Below, in pieces: positions 28,974-38,362 of a stretch of 64,000 bases of DNA. The stretch lies in the NCBI GenBank assembly GCA_028867755.1, contig JAGWFT010000001.1:612727-676726 (forward strand), read 5' to 3'. The translations under genes were made by a program, and so were the position numbers. How positions within the stretch are numbered: position 1 is the first letter of the stretch; each line of letters begins with the position of its first letter. This DNA is from Nitrososphaerota archaeon. Lineage in GTDB: Archaea > Thermoproteota > Nitrososphaeria > Nitrososphaerales > Nitrosopumilaceae. The notes under the pieces were generated by a model. It saw only the letters and a list, made by a program, of their open reading frames with translations, did not search any database and had not been told where the DNA came from.

Positions 28974-31004
28974 ATGATAATACATACTCTACCTACTCCT
29001 TTAACACAATTCCTATGGAATATGTTCATCGGAATAGCTCTTGTAATAACTCTGTATACCTGCAATTTCTATTATCTTGTTTTCTTGGCACGACAAAAAA
29101 GGAAGACAACAAAATCTATTGAATTAAAAGAAATTCCCACTGTTACAATCCAACTTCCAATTTATAATGAAAAATATGTAGCAGCCAGACTTGTAAATGC
29201 TGTTTGTGCGCAAGATTATCCAAAAGAAAAACTGTGTATCCAAATACTAGATGATTCTGATGATGATACATTTCATATTCTTGAAGATCTAGTAAATGAT
29301 TACCAAAAAAAAGGGTTTGATATAACCCACGTAAGAAGAGGAAACAGAAAAGGGTACAAGGCAGGAGCACTACGTCATGCAATGACCTTTGCAAAAGGAG
29401 ACTTTGTTGCAATATTTGATGCAGACTTTATTCCACCTTCATGGTTTCTAAAAAAAGCGCTCTCATACTTTTGCAAGCCTGAAATAGGCCTAGTGCAATG
29501 CAGGTGGGGACATGTTAATGAAAAATACTCTGCTCTAACTATGGCTCAAGCATTAAGCTTGGATTTTCACTTTCTCATAGAACAAAAGGCAAAAAGTAAC
29601 TCTCATCTATTTATGAATTTCAATGGAACAGCAGGTGTATGGAGAAGGGAATGTATTGAAGATTCTGGTGGGTGGCATACTGCAACACTAGTAGAAGATC
29701 TAGATCTTAGCTATAGAGCACAGATGAAAGGTTGGAAGTGTGTATTCATACCTGATATCGTAGTTGATGCAGAGCTTCCCGTGCAAATGAATGCAGCAAA
29801 GAGGCAACAATTCAGGTGGGCAAAGGGATCAATTCAATGTGCTATAAAATTACTAGGTGATGTTGCAATAAAAAAAATCCCCGTTGACACAAAAGTTCAG
29901 GCCTTTGTTCAACTTACAAGACATATTGCGTTTCCGTTGATGTTGGTTCAATTCTTAATTTTGCCAATACTGCTAGCTTCCAAAATTAATCTGTACATAA
30001 TAAGTGGACTGCCAGCACTCACCATACTTGCCTATCTTGCTATGGGCCCACTTGTGTATATCATGATAATTCGTGATATGTATAACACAAGCTGGAAATC
30101 TAAAATACTATCATATTTTTACATGGTATTTTATTCGGCAGGTATGTCAGTTAACAATACTGTAGCTGTGTTTGATGCATTGTTTGGAAAGAAAAATGAA
30201 TTTCTGCGTACTCCAAAGTTTGGAATAATAAACAAGAATGATGATTGGAGGGATAAAGCCTACGCGCTGCCTTTTACAAAAACGACATTGCTTGAGATAT
30301 TCTTTGGTGTGTATGGAATCATAGGAATATTTATCGCGATCTTTTCAAGCAATCCAATCTTTGCCCCAATAATAGGAATTCAAGTTGTAGGCTTCTTCTA
30401 TATTGCATATCTGAGCATATCTCACTCCGCATCTAGAAAAGGCAAATCAAGAAATATCCCTGTTGTATCAAGTAATCAAAGAATGGCAAGTGCGTACTAC
30501 AAATTTGCAATGGGTGGAATTATGGGGCTGATAATAATAGGCGTAGTGATGGCTTTTGAGGAATATAGTACCACAATATATCCAATTGACCAAGCTAGAG
30601 GTCTTTTGCTAAGAATTCAGGCCACATCTGATCCTCAGGCTATTCATAATGATCTCAAAAACGTAATGATACTTCTTCCAAAATCTGGCAACCCAGTGTG
30701 GATATTTCCTACTGAAGATACGGACTTTGGATTAATGCAAGGAGATCTACAAACAATGCTTGGAACTGTAGATAAGATTTCAAGCACATCTCCTGACAGT
30801 GCAGCATTTCATGCTGGAATGCTAAATGTTCATTATCAAGCTAGCGCAATTGTATTCAACCTGCTTGATGCCACGCCATACATGTATGTGAGTATATCAA
30901 ACATCCTGTTTGGCTGTATATGGGTAGCTGTGATAATTGGAATATTTACAGTGCTCAAGAGAAAAAGAGAACGTCTGAGATCTTACGATCTGGAAGATAG
31001 CTAA
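28974..31004 (+). CDS. Processive glycosyltransferase family 2 (cellulose/mannan synthase-like), multi-TM
   Basis: QLPIYNE, DDS, YKAGAL, FDADF, FNGTAG, VEDLDLS, QQFRW (D,D,D,QxxRW). Confidence 0.9.
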   Translation: MIIHTLPTPLTQFLWNMFIGIALVITLYTCNFYYLVFLARQKRKTTKSIELKEIPTVTIQLPIYNEKYVAARLVNAVCAQDYPKEKLCIQILDDSDDDTFHILEDLVNDYQKKGFDITHVRRGNRKGYKAGALRHAMTFAKGDFVAIFDADFIPPSWFLKKALSYFCKPEIGLVQCRWGHVNEKYSALTMAQALSLDFHFLIEQKAKSNSHLFMNFNGTAGVWRRECIEDSGGWHTATLVEDLDLSYRAQMKGWKCVFIPDIVVDAELPVQMNAAKRQQFRWAKGSIQCAIKLLGDVAIKKIPVDTKVQAFVQLTRHIAFPLMLVQFLILPILLASKINLYIISGLPALTILAYLAMGPLVYIMIIRDMYNTSWKSKILSYFYMVFYSAGMSVNNTVAVFDALFGKKNEFLRTPKFGIINKNDDWRDKAYALPFTKTTLLEIFFGVYGIIGIFIAIFSSNPIFAPIIGIQVVGFFYIAYLSISHSASRKGKSRNIPVVSSNQRMASAYYKFAMGGIMGLIIIGVVMAFEEYSTTIYPIDQARGLLLRIQATSDPQAIHNDLKNVMILLPKSGNPVWIFPTEDTDFGLMQGDLQTMLGTVDKISSTSPDSAAFHAGMLNVHYQASAIVFNLLDATPYMYVSISNILFGCIWVAVIIGIFTVLKRKRERLRSYDLEDS

Positions 31005-32335
31005 GAAATATTTAGCTCGTGTCTTACTTCATCTACAGCTCTAATTCCAAATAGATCACGAACCTGTTCCATTCTGAGCGACTCTTTAACAAGGTCAGCT
31101 CCAAATTCACTTATGAATAGTCTGAAGACATCTGTGAATCTGATTTCCCACCTGTCAGCACAGTCAAGGATCTTTGATATGCTCCACTGCTTTACTTCAA
31201 GAGGAAGTGGCATCTTTGATTCTGCTTCGACAGAAAGCCTGTCAAATAGATTTATCATGTCAACTGTTTGAGATACCATTTTTTGCATATCTTCTAACGT
31301 ACCATATTTTGATTCTGATCTCATACGTATGTTGGACTGAAATTCAGAAAGACGTAACAGTCCCATGACTTCTCTTGAGGTGTTTTGTGAAGTCTTATGG
31401 GTTACGTTTCTAATCTCATTTAACTGCTGGGAAATATCATGAGTCTTTTTATTAAATTCTGATATTGCAGATGAGTTTCTATTGAGCAATTCGGTAAAGT
31501 CTGATATCTTCTCTTCCAGATCCTTTGTCTTACCCAATACATTTTCCTTGAAATTACTAAATTCAGCATTTACGTTTCTAATATCACTGCCAAGTACATC
31601 TAGAGAATCTGTTTTCTTTATCAGCAAGTCAATCTCTACGCCCACATTCCTAATTTGAGAATCAAGACCTAAGATCGGTTCTGTCTTTGAGACAACTCTC
31701 TCAATATCGGTTTTGAGACTTGATATGCTTTCTTCAAGATGTGCCATTTTTCCAGTTTTCTCAGAAATCTCTCTTGTGCTTTTCTTTACCTCATCAATTT
31801 CAGAACCAATGTTTGATAATGATTCTGTCTTGCTTGCTACGCTCTTTATCTCTTCACGTATCTTTTCTGTCTTCTCGGATACATGCATTATCATCTTGGT
31901 ATTATTTCTGATAGAATCTAGATTGTCTGCTACATTTTGCATAAGTTTGTGAGCATCGGGAATACTCTCTTGTTTTTGGTGAATCTTGCTAACTTGATCC
32001 TGAAGACGATCTATCTGACCATTAATTTTCTCTATAATATTGGAATGTGCTTTTACTTGACTCATTCCATGAAAGAGCCGTTGTGTGTCTTCCTCGATAA
32101 TATTTATTTGTCTAGAACTTTTTTGAATTTGATCTAATGAAGAGTTAACTCCATCTATCATGCTTTTTAATGAAATTAGTATTTTCTGATTTTCAGTGAA
32201 AATCTTTGACATTGTTTTCACTTCTGAGGCCAAAACTTTGGTTGCGTCAGAAATTGAACTCATCTTTTTGAGAACATCTGAAGTCGGATCCTTGGATGAT
32301 CCCTTATTACCCTCAGATCGTTTTGTTTGTTTCAC
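31001..32335 (-). CDS. Long coiled-coil hypothetical protein
   Basis: Heptad-rich S/I/K/E composition over ~330 aa with a globular-looking C-terminus; no TM. Confidence 0.75.
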   Translation of the reverse strand: MKQTKRSEGNKGSSKDPTSDVLKKMSSISDATKVLASEVKTMSKIFTENQKILISLKSMIDGVNSSLDQIQKSSRQINIIEEDTQRLFHGMSQVKAHSNIIEKINGQIDRLQDQVSKIHQKQESIPDAHKLMQNVADNLDSIRNNTKMIMHVSEKTEKIREEIKSVASKTESLSNIGSEIDEVKKSTREISEKTGKMAHLEESISSLKTDIERVVSKTEPILGLDSQIRNVGVEIDLLIKKTDSLDVLGSDIRNVNAEFSNFKENVLGKTKDLEEKISDFTELLNRNSSAISEFNKKTHDISQQLNEIRNVTHKTSQNTSREVMGLLRLSEFQSNIRMRSESKYGTLEDMQKMVSQTVDMINLFDRLSVEAESKMPLPLEVKQWSISKILDCADRWEIRFTDVFRLFISEFGADLVKESLRMEQVRDLFGIRAVDEVRHELNIS

Positions 32336-32403
32336 TTTAAATTACAATAACTGTAGCCGATAAAAAAGTTCGGTTTTAATTTTCTTCAAAAAATAACCAA
32401 AAA

Positions 32404-32511
32404 TTAGTTGTTGACTAATTCTGGGTCATGCATTACTTCATGAAATGTCTTCTCTACCAAGCCATTAGCAGTCTCGAAGAACTGCCTTGGACAGAATTCA
32501 CAATTTAACAT
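32404..32511 (-). CDS. 35-aa C2H2-type zinc-finger microprotein (not in ORF track)
   Basis: Hand translation: MLNCEFCPRQFFETANGLVEKTFHEVMHDPELVNN*; CxxC...HxxxH. Confidence 0.65.
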   Translation of the reverse strand: MLNCEFCPRQFFETANGLVEKTFHEVMHDPELVNN

Positions 32512-32574
32512 GTCTTACCGTACCATACGGTACTATTAACATCAAGGTAACTGTAGTATTACCCGACAAGAATT

Positions 32575-33042
32575 TTACTTTTTTTCAAGTTTTAGCGATG
32601 CAGAATTTATGCAATACCGCAATCCTGTGGGTGCAGGACCATCCTCAAAAACATGTCCTAGATGTGAGCCACACTTTTTGCACATGACCTCAACTCGCAT
32701 CACACCGTAGCTAGTATCAGTTTCAGTTTGTATGTTGTCAGATACAGGTTCCCAAAAACTTGGCCATCCTGTACCAGAGTCAAATTTTGTTTTAGAACTG
32801 AATAGCTCTGAACCACAACAAACACACTGGTAAACTCCGTTGTCTTTGCAATTGTAGTATAGGCCAGAAAAGGGTGGTTCTGTACCTTTCATTCTACAAA
32901 TAAAGTACTGATCCTGTGTAAGCTCCTTTTTCCATTCGTCTTCAGGCATTTCTGATAACAGTGATGTTTTTTGAGATATTAATCTTGGTTCTGTCAAGTT
33001 TACGGCCCATGTCTTCAAACCCAACTTTAAGACTCTACACAC
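32575..33042 (-). CDS. msrB: Peptide-methionine (R)-S-oxide reductase
   Basis: [40 protein letters not shown]; true start may be internal (MSEMPEDE region). Confidence 0.95.
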   Translation of the reverse strand: MCRVLKLGLKTWAVNLTEPRLISQKTSLLSEMPEDEWKKELTQDQYFICRMKGTEPPFSGLYYNCKDNGVYQCVCCGSELFSSKTKFDSGTGWPSFWEPVSDNIQTETDTSYGVMRVEVMCKKCGSHLGHVFEDGPAPTGLRYCINSASLKLEKK

Positions 33043-33287
33043 TTGGATGTATAGTCAAGAAACTATTGGCAAAAGGCCATAAGCGTAGAATGTCTTCAAA
33101 AGGCAGTCAGATACCCCAGGTATAATTCATCATAAAATCAGCAAACCCAATCATCATTCTGCAATCTCTATTATCTGAATACGCTTTATAATGTGAGCGA
33201 TTGTAATGAAACGCTTGCTGCTTGATTCACGGAAAATGATGAAAGGTGTGTATATTTTTAAAACAAGGCCTAGTCAATCTCTAGCAT

Positions 33288-33710
33288 ATGGCAGACAATG
33301 AATTGGAAAGACTTCTAGCCCAACGGCATAAAGACGTTACACTTTTTGATTTTGAAGGTAAAAAGGTACCATGTATCATAATGGAGGAAAAGCGATTTGA
33401 TGAGATCATGAAAACTATAGCTGGAAAACCAATTTCAGTTGAAACCAATCTTAACATACTGCAGGACGGATTGGGTCATGTATTTGTCAATATGGCGTTG
33501 AACTTTTCTCAAGGAGAAATTGAAGAAAAGATATTGTTGTATGCAAACGAGTCCATGGAATTCTTTGAGGCATTAACTGATACATCCATGTTAGCTCTAT
33601 CTTCTCCTCGTTCGGAATATGGACGTTCTAATGTGTTTATGATACAACTTCCTAAACCTGAAAGAACTGCAGATGCTTTAGAGATAATCAAGAAAGGTCT
33701 TAAGATATAG
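33288..33710 (+). CDS. Hypothetical protein
   Basis: 140-aa ORF with a TATA-like element upstream; no motif recognised. Confidence 0.7.
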   Translation: MADNELERLLAQRHKDVTLFDFEGKKVPCIIMEEKRFDEIMKTIAGKPISVETNLNILQDGLGHVFVNMALNFSQGEIEEKILLYANESMEFFEALTDTSMLALSSPRSEYGRSNVFMIQLPKPERTADALEIIKKGLKI

Positions 33711-33800
33711 ATGCGGGGGCAAAGAAACCAGACGCTCATTTGACCTTTTTTAGAATAAATTTTGGAAAACAAAAAAAAGCTAAGAAATAAGTCCTAGAGC

Positions 33801-34028
33801 TTACTTTCTTAGTTTAAGCCCTATTTTTGCAGCAAGACCCCATGAAAGCAAAGTAAATCCTATTGGAAATACCCCACTTGATAGCATGGATAGAATCCCT
33901 TGTACAGAGATTCCGTTGTTGCTGTATGCGGCTAGAGCTATTGGCAATGCTGCCAAGCCAATTACACCAAATTTCTTTTGGGTTGTAGAGGCGCCGTCTT
34001 GTCTTGTTTGAATGTTTTGTGTGGTCAT
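33801..34028 (-). CDS. 75-aa hydrophobic membrane peptide
   Basis: Polar leader, then two Gly/Ala/Leu-rich segments and a basic end; divergent from the Lrp gene. Confidence 0.6.
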   Translation of the reverse strand: MTTQNIQTRQDGASTTQKKFGVIGLAALPIALAAYSNNGISVQGILSMLSSGVFPIGFTLLSWGLAAKIGLKLRK

Positions 34029-34061
34029 TTTATTTCTGATGTAGGTATACCATGGTGCTAT

Positions 34062-34138
34062 TTAGAATCGGTCTAACTTTCGAATACATCTTTGTTCACT
34101 TGTTGAACTTTTTGACAATTTCAGTTCAAGTTTTGAAC
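34062..34138. promoter_or_regulatory. Phased 15-bp palindromes (candidate Lrp operator)
   Basis: GTTCA-CTTGT-TGAAC (34094-34108), GTTCA-AGTTT-TGAAC (34124-34138) and TTAGA-ATCGG-TCTAA (34062-34076). Confidence 0.6.
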
Positions 34139-34175
34139 TCTGTAACGTATCTTATAATTTCTCAAATATGGCACG

Positions 34176-34763
34176 ATGGACGAGATTGATAGGCAAATCC
34201 TGAACCTGCTCATTACAAATGGGAGAATCTCTGCACGAAACATCGTAAAGAGCCTTGAAGACAAGGGAATAAGGATGTCGGAACGAGGGGTAGGAAAAAG
34301 AATGGAAAAGCTTGAGAAAGATAAGGTCATTTTGGGTTACACGACCATTGTAGACCCTAAAACAGTGAATATGACAGTGGCTCGTCTTATTACTGTCAAA
34401 TTTACATCACCACGAGACTTTCTTGAGAGGGTAGAAGAGATGAAAAAATATCTATCTGATGCACCATATTGTGATTTCTCTGCAAGAGCAAATGGCGACA
34501 TAGACTGGATAGAATTAAAGTTTTTCAACAACTCAGAACAAGCAAGGAAGGAAGAAGATCTGTACAGGGCATGGTTTGGAGATATAATTGAGAATTACAA
34601 GTCATATGACCTTGATATTCAGAAGTGGGGCTGGCAAATATTTGACGAAGGAACTTTTGATAGGTTCATACAGCAAATGCTGAAAAAAGATGGACGAATG
34701 TCCTTAGATGAACTAGTTGCGACAAGAAAGAACAAGTTGTTAGAGCATTCCTTATCACATTAA
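34176..34763 (+). CDS. Lrp/AsnC family transcriptional regulator
   Basis: MDEIDRQILNLLITNGRISAR...RMEKLEKDKVILGYT wHTH followed by a RAM-like domain. Confidence 0.88.
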   Translation: MDEIDRQILNLLITNGRISARNIVKSLEDKGIRMSERGVGKRMEKLEKDKVILGYTTIVDPKTVNMTVARLITVKFTSPRDFLERVEEMKKYLSDAPYCDFSARANGDIDWIELKFFNNSEQARKEEDLYRAWFGDIIENYKSYDLDIQKWGWQIFDEGTFDRFIQQMLKKDGRMSLDELVATRKNKLLEHSLSH

Positions 34764-34813
34764 GGTCTAAGAAAGGTCAAATGAGCATCCGCTGTCTTTA
34801 CCCAAGATGTAAA

Positions 34814-34887
34814 TGCGGTTGCCGGGATTTGAACCCGGGTCGCGGAATTGGCAATCCCGCATATTAACCAAGCTGTACTACAACCGC
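34814..34887 (-). tRNA. tRNA-Gly(GCC)
   Basis: GCGGTTG/CAACCGC acceptor, CGGGA-TTGCCAA-TTCCG anticodon arm, GGTTCAAATCC. Confidence 0.96.
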
Positions 34888-34928
34888 TCAATCGATTTAG
34901 AAATTTCTAGTATATTAAAGGGTACTGT

Positions 34929-35246
34929 TTGGAAACACATTTTTTTAACATCAAGATATCAACTAATATTATGAATCCCCAGCTTGAAGAAAAAGTTAAC
35001 CAGAAAATAAAAGAGGTGACTGGAAAATCAGACGAAATATTTAAAATAATAAATTCACTAGATGATCTCAGAACTCATTCAGACTCTTTTGCTTATGGGA
35101 TTGCTATAGGAAGATTATACAATTCATTTTATTATCAATGCAGAAGAATACTCAAACGCAGTCCTACAGATGAAGAATTTTCAGAGTTCCTTGAAATGCT
35201 TGGCAAAAAGCAAAAAGAAATTCTTGATGCGTTAAGACTTGACTGA
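34929..35246 (+). CDS. Hypothetical protein
   Basis: 105-aa ORF (start possibly ATG 34971) with FAYGIAIGRLYNSFYYQCRR. Confidence 0.65.
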   Translation: METHFFNIKISTNIMNPQLEEKVNQKIKEVTGKSDEIFKIINSLDDLRTHSDSFAYGIAIGRLYNSFYYQCRRILKRSPTDEEFSEFLEMLGKKQKEILDALRLD

Positions 35247-35750
35247 AGCTGGTTTTAAAGAAATTACCTTGATTGTTGGAGTGAGGGGCAATTTTACAGC
35301 GGCGTTGTGCATTGCTTTTTTTGCTACTTCTAGATGTTCTTTTTTGACAAATGCTTCCATGAGTATCTGACCCCTATTGACACGAGCAGCTAAACTGATG
35401 GCTTTGCCAAAAGCTCCTCTCATTCCTTCTTGAAGTCTATCTGCTCCGGCAGTCGCAATCATTTTGTTTTCTCTAAGCAATATGTGAGGATAAATTCTAA
35501 GACTAGAGAAATATCCAGTTTCTCCTGCTACAGTTTCAATGGCTTTGTTTGCGGCAAGTCTTGCTGACTCTATTGCCATGTGTCTTATCTGTATTTTTTC
35601 ATTGGAACATAGCTGGACACAATAATCATAATCTGCATCCCTTTTTCCACCTCCTGAAAACTTGGCAATTTTTATTTGAGGTTTACCCTTGATGAATTCT
35701 TTCCTTGTATAGGGTTGACCATTGCCAGTTCGATAGTTTGCGCCGTGCAT
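35232..35750 (-). CDS. rpl10e: 50S ribosomal protein L16/L10e (uL16)
   Basis: QPYTRKEFI, QIRHMAIESAR, YPHILLRENK, GADRLQEGMRGAFGK. Confidence 0.96.
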   Translation of the reverse strand: MHGANYRTGNGQPYTRKEFIKGKPQIKIAKFSGGGKRDADYDYCVQLCSNEKIQIRHMAIESARLAANKAIETVAGETGYFSSLRIYPHILLRENKMIATAGADRLQEGMRGAFGKAISLAARVNRGQILMEAFVKKEHLEVAKKAMHNAAVKLPLTPTIKVISLKPASVKS

Positions 35751-35880
35751 AAGAACACTTTTTCATGCTATTTGCGCCCATATTTTAACCGTGAGATCGT
35801 TTGGGTGTTATGGCTTACTCGTAAAACCCATTTTTTCTAGATGACTAGTGTTTAAACAAAATATTGAGTAATATTATATT

Positions 35881-36474
35881 GTGATCGGGCTCATTGAATT
35901 TCTGATGTCTGAACTAGAATCAAAGGTAGAGGGGACTTTAATTAAAGATCATGTCTTGATCTTGGACAAAAATATGCAACACAGCCTGGAGCAAAAAGGA
36001 TTTGGAGAGACCATCAAGAAGAAGTTCTTTCTCAAACCATTTGAGTCTCTGTACCTGTTATATGCAGACAAACTCAAACTTCTCAAGGGAAAACAACCCA
36101 TAAACTTTGATTCTCTTATGACTGAATGTGTCAAACAAGACAATGAAGCTTTTACAAAGTTTTTGATTTATCGTGACTTGAGAACTCGAGGATATGTTGC
36201 AAAAGATGGGTTTGGATTTGGTTCAGATTTCAGAGTATATGAAAGGGGGCAATTCGGAGAAAAGGGTGCCAAGTATGTAGTGTTCGGCCTCACAGAGGGA
36301 AGAAGGCAAAAAATAGGCATACTGCAAAAACAGATAGAGCAAATTGTCACAATGGGTAAAGAACCGGTACTTGCTGTAATTGAGAGGCGAGGAGAAGTAA
36401 TCTACTATAAGATATCAAAGATTCAGTTTCATCAAAACAAAGACCAGCCGGGATTCTCAAGCATAGAATTCTAA
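35881..36474 (+). CDS. endA: tRNA splicing endonuclease subunit (probably the non-catalytic structural subunit)
   Basis: LKPFESLYL, YRDLRTRGY, DFRVYERG, AVIERRGEVIYY; catalytic Tyr/His positions appear replaced. Confidence 0.88.
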   Translation: MIGLIEFLMSELESKVEGTLIKDHVLILDKNMQHSLEQKGFGETIKKKFFLKPFESLYLLYADKLKLLKGKQPINFDSLMTECVKQDNEAFTKFLIYRDLRTRGYVAKDGFGFGSDFRVYERGQFGEKGAKYVVFGLTEGRRQKIGILQKQIEQIVTMGKEPVLAVIERRGEVIYYKISKIQFHQNKDQPGFSSIEF

Positions 36475-36508
36475 TTTTAAATATAGTGAATTTTCTATAT
36501 TACAATGA

Positions 36509-36670
36509 ATGGAATTTAAAGAAATTTACTGTTTTAACTGTAAGAAAAGCCTAGGCAGGTATAGCGACAAATATTTTTCAGATCAAAAGATGGGTGAGAT
36601 CATAAAAGTAAATCATTCCACCCATGTGTATGAAGGACATGAGATCGTAGTAAGACGCATAACGACTTGA
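36509..36670 (+). CDS. 53-aa Cys/His microprotein (not in ORF track)
   Basis: Hand translation: MEFKEIYCFNCKKSLGRYSDKYFSDQKMGEIIKVNHSTHVYEGHEIVVRRITT*. Confidence 0.65.
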   Translation: MEFKEIYCFNCKKSLGRYSDKYFSDQKMGEIIKVNHSTHVYEGHEIVVRRITT

Positions 36671-36765
36671 ATTAATTTTTATTTAAATTGTCCTAATGGT
36701 AAAAGATAAATCAAATCTAGATGATTTCATAGTAACTATTTTATATCTAGAGCATATGGTCAGAC

Positions 36766-37188
36766 TTGTTGAGACTTTCTCTTTTTCTAGTTTTAGGTTT
36801 GGTCTTGTCTTTGGGAACCCTACAATTGGCTCATGCCAGCTATAGTAATATCTCGATATCGGATCCCACCACCATGGTAGACACAACTGGACATGCGCTT
36901 TCAAGTTTTACTGTGGGTCAAGAGATTGGTGTCCAATCTGTCCTGACTAATCATGGAACGACAAACCAAAACTATGCTTACATGGTTCAAGTAATGGACG
37001 GTTCTGGTGGAACAGACTATTTTCAGGCGCAGTCCGCCTCTCTAGAAGGTAATCAATCTTTCACCGTAGTACAAACATGGATTCCAACAAGTCCTGGCAC
37101 ATATACAGTACAAGTATTTGTCTGGGATGGACTTGCTTCAGCCATTCCACTTACAAATGTAGTTGAAAAACAAGTCACAGTAAATTAA
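36766..37188 (+). CDS. Secreted Ig-like hypothetical protein
   Basis: Signal peptide and beta-sandwich ending WIPTSPGTYTVQVFVW. Confidence 0.75.
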   Translation: MLRLSLFLVLGLVLSLGTLQLAHASYSNISISDPTTMVDTTGHALSSFTVGQEIGVQSVLTNHGTTNQNYAYMVQVMDGSGGTDYFQAQSASLEGNQSFTVVQTWIPTSPGTYTVQVFVWDGLASAIPLTNVVEKQVTVN

Positions 37189-37285
37189 CCAAAACAATCT
37201 GCCTCATTTTGAATTTAAGTCTTAGGTAGAACTTTGCAGTACAAATTCTTCGCATTACTTAATAAAAATAAAATTTTTTGGTCTG

Positions 37286-37903
37286 GTGATGCCTGACGAA
37301 TCTTGCAGAACCTGTGGAGGAGAGCTCATGACGCACTCTCAATGTGCAGAATGTAGAAAAACTATACAAAAAATATGCAAAACTTGCAGCATTCTTACAC
37401 GTAAGCAGTTTCATAACAGGTGTGGCAACCAACCAATTCCAATCTCTCATAATGGAAACGTGCTAGAAATAGTCCAGAAGAAGAGGTCTTTTAGTAAATT
37501 TGCTTTAATTCGCTCAGTGACTATAACTCTTGGTGTTTTAGGCCTTTTCATACTTGGTTTTGCTACGGCTGCATCTCTTGACATATTTCAGGATCATCCT
37601 GTCAGTGCTACAATGACAAAATCTGGTAATACTCCTGTACCTCAAGTATATCATACTGTAACCACGTCCAATTCTTTACAAGACTGTATTGCATATGGAA
37701 GCGGAGAATCGGTTACGGTAACATGTCCCACACAATATGGATATGTGTACAAGGCAATACTAGATATGCCACAGGATCTTGCAAGCAAATTCGCTGATTC
37801 GGTTTTTTCAATAAGGGGTGTATCTGTTATTGAACACTCAGACGGTTCTGTTATCCTACAGTATCAAAATAATGACTATATCACAAACTTTTTTGCAAGT
37901 TAG
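37286..37903 (+). CDS. Membrane protein with an N-terminal multi-CxxC zinc ribbon
   Basis: CRTC, CAEC, CKTC..H..C, then a TM helix and an extracellular domain. Confidence 0.7.
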   Translation: MMPDESCRTCGGELMTHSQCAECRKTIQKICKTCSILTRKQFHNRCGNQPIPISHNGNVLEIVQKKRSFSKFALIRSVTITLGVLGLFILGFATAASLDIFQDHPVSATMTKSGNTPVPQVYHTVTTSNSLQDCIAYGSGESVTVTCPTQYGYVYKAILDMPQDLASKFADSVFSIRGVSVIEHSDGSVILQYQNNDYITNFFAS

Positions 37904-38070
37904 CCAATAATGCAAATCTCACAGTCACAGGAAACCTTGTCATCTGCCTTGGCAAGGCATTTTGGGTGCTGTCCTGCCTGGCATTGAACGCATATGGATT
38001 CTGCATTATCTAGATCAGAGTATTTTTTTCCTCCATCAAACCCAAAACCGCCATCTCTTGGTCCTACCAT
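37900..38070 (-). CDS. 56-aa Cys-rich microprotein (not in ORF track)
   Basis: Hand translation: MVGPRDGGFGFDGGKKYSDLDNAESICVQCQAGQHPKCLAKADDKVSCDCEICIIG*. Confidence 0.65.
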   Translation of the reverse strand: MVGPRDGGFGFDGGKKYSDLDNAESICVQCQAGQHPKCLAKADDKVSCDCEICIIG

Positions 38071-38171
38071 GTTTATTGTATTACAATTCAGGTATTTTAG
38101 ACCTCGTAAATCTCAAAAAAAATGATTATATTTTTTTCTATCCTGTCTAGTTATTAGAAAATTAAATCGTA

Positions 38172-38247
38172 TGCTCCCGCCGGGATTTGAACCCGGGATC
38201 ACTGCCTTGAGAGGGCAGTATGCTTAGCCGGACTACACCACAGGAGC
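38172..38247 (-). tRNA. tRNA-Glu(CTC)
   Basis: GCTCCTG/CGGGAGC acceptor, CTGCC-CTCTCAA-GGCAG anticodon arm, GGTTCAAATCC. Confidence 0.96.
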
Positions 38248-38362
38248 TATCTTAAAGCCATAAGGAATAGCAATTTAAAGGCTGGCCTATTGATTGGAAA
38301 ATTGCAATAAAAAAGCATTAACGTAATGTTTTCTGCAACCATATGTGATCCGGGTTGATGCA

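Noticed and set aside
37962-38150. Plus-strand 62-aa ORF from the track
   Set aside because: No motif; the overlapping minus-strand Cys-rich ORF 37900-38070 is the more plausible gene.
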